Below, piece after piece: positions 62,391 to 64,000 of a stretch of 64,000 nucleotides of DNA; positions within the stretch are counted from its first letter, which is position 1, and each line of letters opens with the position of its first letter. The position numbers and the translations under genes were made by a program. The stretch comes from an uncultured Planctomycetales bacterium (GTDB lineage: Bacteria > Planctomycetota > UBA1135 > CAZZHK01): NCBI GenBank assembly GCA_964653725.1, contig CAZZHK010000004.1, forward strand, positions 95,832-159,831, read 5' to 3'. The notes below the pieces were generated by a model. It was not told the origin of the DNA and ran no database searches. It saw only the letters and a program-made list of their open reading frames with translations.

Positions 62391-62534
62391 GTTGAATCCT
62401 CCTTCGTTCAAACTCCAGGGACTCCTGCGCCCCTCCAGAGAGGCTCAGTACACGCATCCGGAGGAGTCCCTAAACAGACAATTTCAGGGGACGATCAACC
62501 CACGCGTCGACGCTGCCCCCCATGGCATCGCTCC

Positions 62535-63473
62535 CTAGGACGTTCTCGTGGCTGAGTCGTAGGCGAGCGGGATGCCAGAGCGCTCGAGGACCTTGGCCGT
62601 GGCGACCGGCAGGTCGCCGAAGTCGTCCACCACGGTGGCGCCGGCCTCGGCCAGGGCCGTGACCTTGCCCTCGTGGGTGCCGCGGCCGCCCTCGATGATG
62701 GCGCCGGCGTGGCTGAAGCGGGTGCCCTCCTTGGCCGCCTTGCCGCCCACGTAGGCGATCAGCGGCTTTGTCACGCGGCCGGTCGCGATCAGGTCAGCGA
62801 CGCGCTCCTCCTGGGTGCCGCCGATCTCGCCGAACATGACGATGGCCTTCGTGTCGGGGTCGTCCTGGAATTGGAGCACCGCCGCCGGGTGGTCGACACC
62901 CACAACCGGGTCGCCGCCCACGTGGCAGAGAGTGGTCGCGCCGACGCCCTGTTGGCCCAAGTAGAAGCCGATCGAAGACGTGATCCCGCCCGAGCGCGAG
63001 CAGATCCCCACCGGGCCGGGTCTGAACCACTCGCGGGCGGATTCGGCGCGCCCGCCGATCATGCCCAGCACCGCCTTGCCGACCGACAAGATCCCGAGCG
63101 TGTTGGGGCCCAAAAACCGTGCGCCGTTCGCCTCCGCCGCCGCGGCGATCTCCAGAACGTCGTGGACCGGCACGCGGTCGGGGACGATCACCAGGAACGG
63201 CACGCCAGCCTCGATCGCCTCGATGGCACCGCCCTTGACCAGCGGCGCGGGGATGAAGAGCACGCTGGCGTCCAGGCCGCCGCACGCCTCCACCGCCTCC
63301 ACCACGGCCGAATAGACCGGCACGCCCTCGACCTCCTGGCCGCCCTTCCCCGGCGTCACCCCAGCCACCACGTTCGTGCCGTAGCCGCGCATCAGGCGCG
63401 CGCGGGCGCGCCCCTCCCGGCCGGTGATCCCCTGCACCAGCACCTTCGAGTGTTCATCCACCAGGATGCTCAT
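62535..63473 (-). CDS. Succinyl-CoA/citryl-CoA synthetase alpha-like subunit
   Basis: MSILVD...VLVQGITGREG, VAGVTPGKGG, GPN.LG, SRSG, GGDP, FGEIGG, FSHAGAI phospho-His motif. Confidence 0.88.
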   Translation of the reverse strand: MSILVDEHSKVLVQGITGREGRARARLMRGYGTNVVAGVTPGKGGQEVEGVPVYSAVVEAVEACGGLDASVLFIPAPLVKGGAIEAIEAGVPFLVIVPDRVPVHDVLEIAAAAEANGARFLGPNTLGILSVGKAVLGMIGGRAESAREWFRPGPVGICSRSGGITSSIGFYLGQQGVGATTLCHVGGDPVVGVDHPAAVLQFQDDPDTKAIVMFGEIGGTQEERVADLIATGRVTKPLIAYVGGKAAKEGTRFSHAGAIIEGGRGTHEGKVTALAEAGATVVDDFGDLPVATAKVLERSGIPLAYDSATRTS

Positions 63474-64000
63474 GTGGTCACCTGGGCAGCGGCGGCGAGG
63501 CCCGCCATGGGCAGGAAGACGGTGCCGCCGTGGTTGCCGGTGTGGGCACACTCGACCTCGCAGGCAAGGCACTCGGTGCAGCCGCCCCTGGCGGCATCGG
63601 CCTCATCGATATTGAGAACCGGGACGCCGTCCTGCTCGGTGAGGATCTGGGGGACGCAGGAGGTGAGGCAGGGCTTGGCCTCGCACTCGAGGCAGGCGGC
63701 GTGGTCGAGCACGACCTCGCCGGTGAGGGTCGCGAAGCGGGTCTGGTTGGGTGATTCGGTCGGGCGTTCGGGCTCTTGTGATGCGCGGGCGAGGCTGCCG
63801 GCCGGCCCGTCGCCGTAGGGGCCCTCTTCGATGAGCGTCTCCATGCGCTCGGCGATGTGTGCCGGCGTGTCCGTCTTCCGATAACCCTCCACCGGTGCGG
63901 GCAGGTCGGCGCAATGGGTCTCGAGGATCTCGACTGCCAGGTCCTCGGCGTTGCCGCCCAGGCGCATGACCACCGGGATCGAGAGGCCGACCTCGCGGAA
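63470..64000 (-). CDS. C-terminal part of a succinyl/citryl-CoA synthetase beta-like subunit fused to a ferredoxin-like domain (5' end outside window)
   Basis: IPVVMRLGGN.E..A.EIL (SucC C-terminus), then CLECEAKPCLTSC and CTECLACEVEC; stop overlaps the alpha-subunit ATG. Confidence 0.75.
   Translation of the reverse strand, partial: FREVGLSIPVVMRLGGNAEDLAVEILETHCADLPAPVEGYRKTDTPAHIAERMETLIEEGPYGDGPAGSLARASQEPERPTESPNQTRFATLTGEVVLDHAACLECEAKPCLTSCVPQILTEQDGVPVLNIDEADAARGGCTECLACEVECAHTGNHGGTVFLPMAGLAAAAQVTT

Noticed and set aside
60942-64000. Evidence for autotrophic reverse TCA cycle
   Set aside because: Citryl-CoA synthetase/lyase-like genes alone are insufficient; no 2-oxoglutarate or pyruvate:ferredoxin oxidoreductase or fumarate reductase is in the window, and the context looks heterotrophic.

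Overview
High-GC bacterial chromosome segment, very densely packed, with about 60 genes and no CRISPR array, integrase or transposase that I can see. The gene content resembles uncultured Planctomycetota (OM190/UBA1135-like); this is inference only, from FG-GAP/Kelch/WD40 surface proteins, DUF1080-Gfo/Idh/MocA-ThuA clusters, LysM and DUF1844. Housekeeping genes are kdsB-pyrG, metG, HU, rpmB, gcvT-H-PA-PB plus a lipoyl ligase, tRNA-Gln(TTG), pncC/cinA, a ychF-like gene, tatC, coaE-rho-fusA and trxB. Accessory content includes a TAT-less molybdopterin oxidoreductase and NrfC-NrfD fusion split by an antisense FG-GAP gene, a periplasmic glycoside-oxidation cluster with ApbE, and a citryl-CoA synthetase/lyase-like, HD, decarboxylating dehydrogenase and PrpD cluster. 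Five observations stand out. (1) A TAnnnT (-10-like, mostly TAGGAT) hexamer lies 5-10 nt upstream of many start codons that lack a Shine-Dalgarno, including back-to-back boxes in 36-37 bp divergent gaps and TAG stop codons reused as -10 boxes, suggesting widespread leaderless transcription. (2) Four secreted beta-propeller proteins share an apparently unnamed ~110-130 aa domain, and all start their mature chain near Gln, a candidate surface-display or sorting system. (3) There is a 6S-like structured RNA candidate at ~12321-12505. (4) A ferredoxin-fused CoA-ligase anchors a tricarboxylate-type pathway. (5) There are two pseudogenes. Start codons were chosen by eye and may be off by a few codons; no database searches were run.
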